Origin: Actinomycetota bacterium
Lineage (GTDB): Bacteria; Actinomycetota; Actinomycetes; Actinomycetales; Microbacteriaceae
Direction of reading: 5' to 3'
Length of the DNA: 52,412 nucleotides
NCBI GenBank assembly: GCA_041172305.1
Contig: JBEDKF010000064.1
Coordinates: 1 to 52,412, forward strand
Shown here: piece after piece, positions 52,295 to 52,412 of the stretch
How the letters are laid out: each line of letters starts with the position of its first letter
Numbering within the stretch: position 1 is the stretch's first letter
Position numbers and translations under genes: made by a program
Notes under the pieces: model-generated
Seen by the model: the letters and a program-made list of their open reading frames with translations, nothing else
The model's database searches: none
What the model was told of the DNA's origin: nothing

Positions 52295-52368
52295 TTGCGG
52301 GGGCAGGATTTGAACCTACGACCTCCGGGTTATGAGCCCGGCGAGCTACCGAACTGCTCCACCCCGCG
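52295..52368 (-). tRNA. Initiator tRNA-fMet (CAT)
   Basis: CGCGGGGTGGAGCAG...GGGCT-CAT-AACCC...GTTCAAATCC...CCCCGCAA; C1:A72 mismatch and three G:C pairs in the anticodon stem. Confidence 0.96.
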
Positions 52369-52412
52369 GCGAAGTTCCAAGTGTAGCACGTTTGCCGTAA
52401 GTAAGCGAACCT

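Overview
Core-genome window from a compact actinobacterium. Gene order and protein sequences point to Microbacteriaceae, possibly a streamlined freshwater Rhodoluna/Aquiluna-like lineage (inference). It holds, in window order: the nusA-ylxR-infB-rbfA-truB cluster, proS, ispG, rseP and dxr; a polyamine uptake/catabolism cluster (gabT, potABCD, aminobutyraldehyde dehydrogenase, Lrp regulator, class III aminotransferase) interrupted by a single-domain FtsK/EccC-like ATPase; ogt/tag alkylation repair, yaaA and pduO; the full atp operon; argS-lysA-hom-thrC-thrB-rho-prfA-prmC-sua5-wecA; and a GH32-like hydrolase, tRNA-Arg(CCG), dedA, rdgB, rph, murI, DUF3039, htrA, a PKD-like protein and tRNA-fMet. 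No mobile element, CRISPR array or defence island was seen. The most interesting signals are cis-regulatory. A chain of ATGA-overlapped mini-ORFs feeds into two mutually exclusive hairpins over the infB Shine-Dalgarno (a candidate IF2 autoregulatory attenuator). Others are a tRNA abutting the dedA start codon, a four-hairpin rho leader, 11-bp-phased repeats upstream of htrA, a probable CUG start for atpB, and many leaderless-type promoters.
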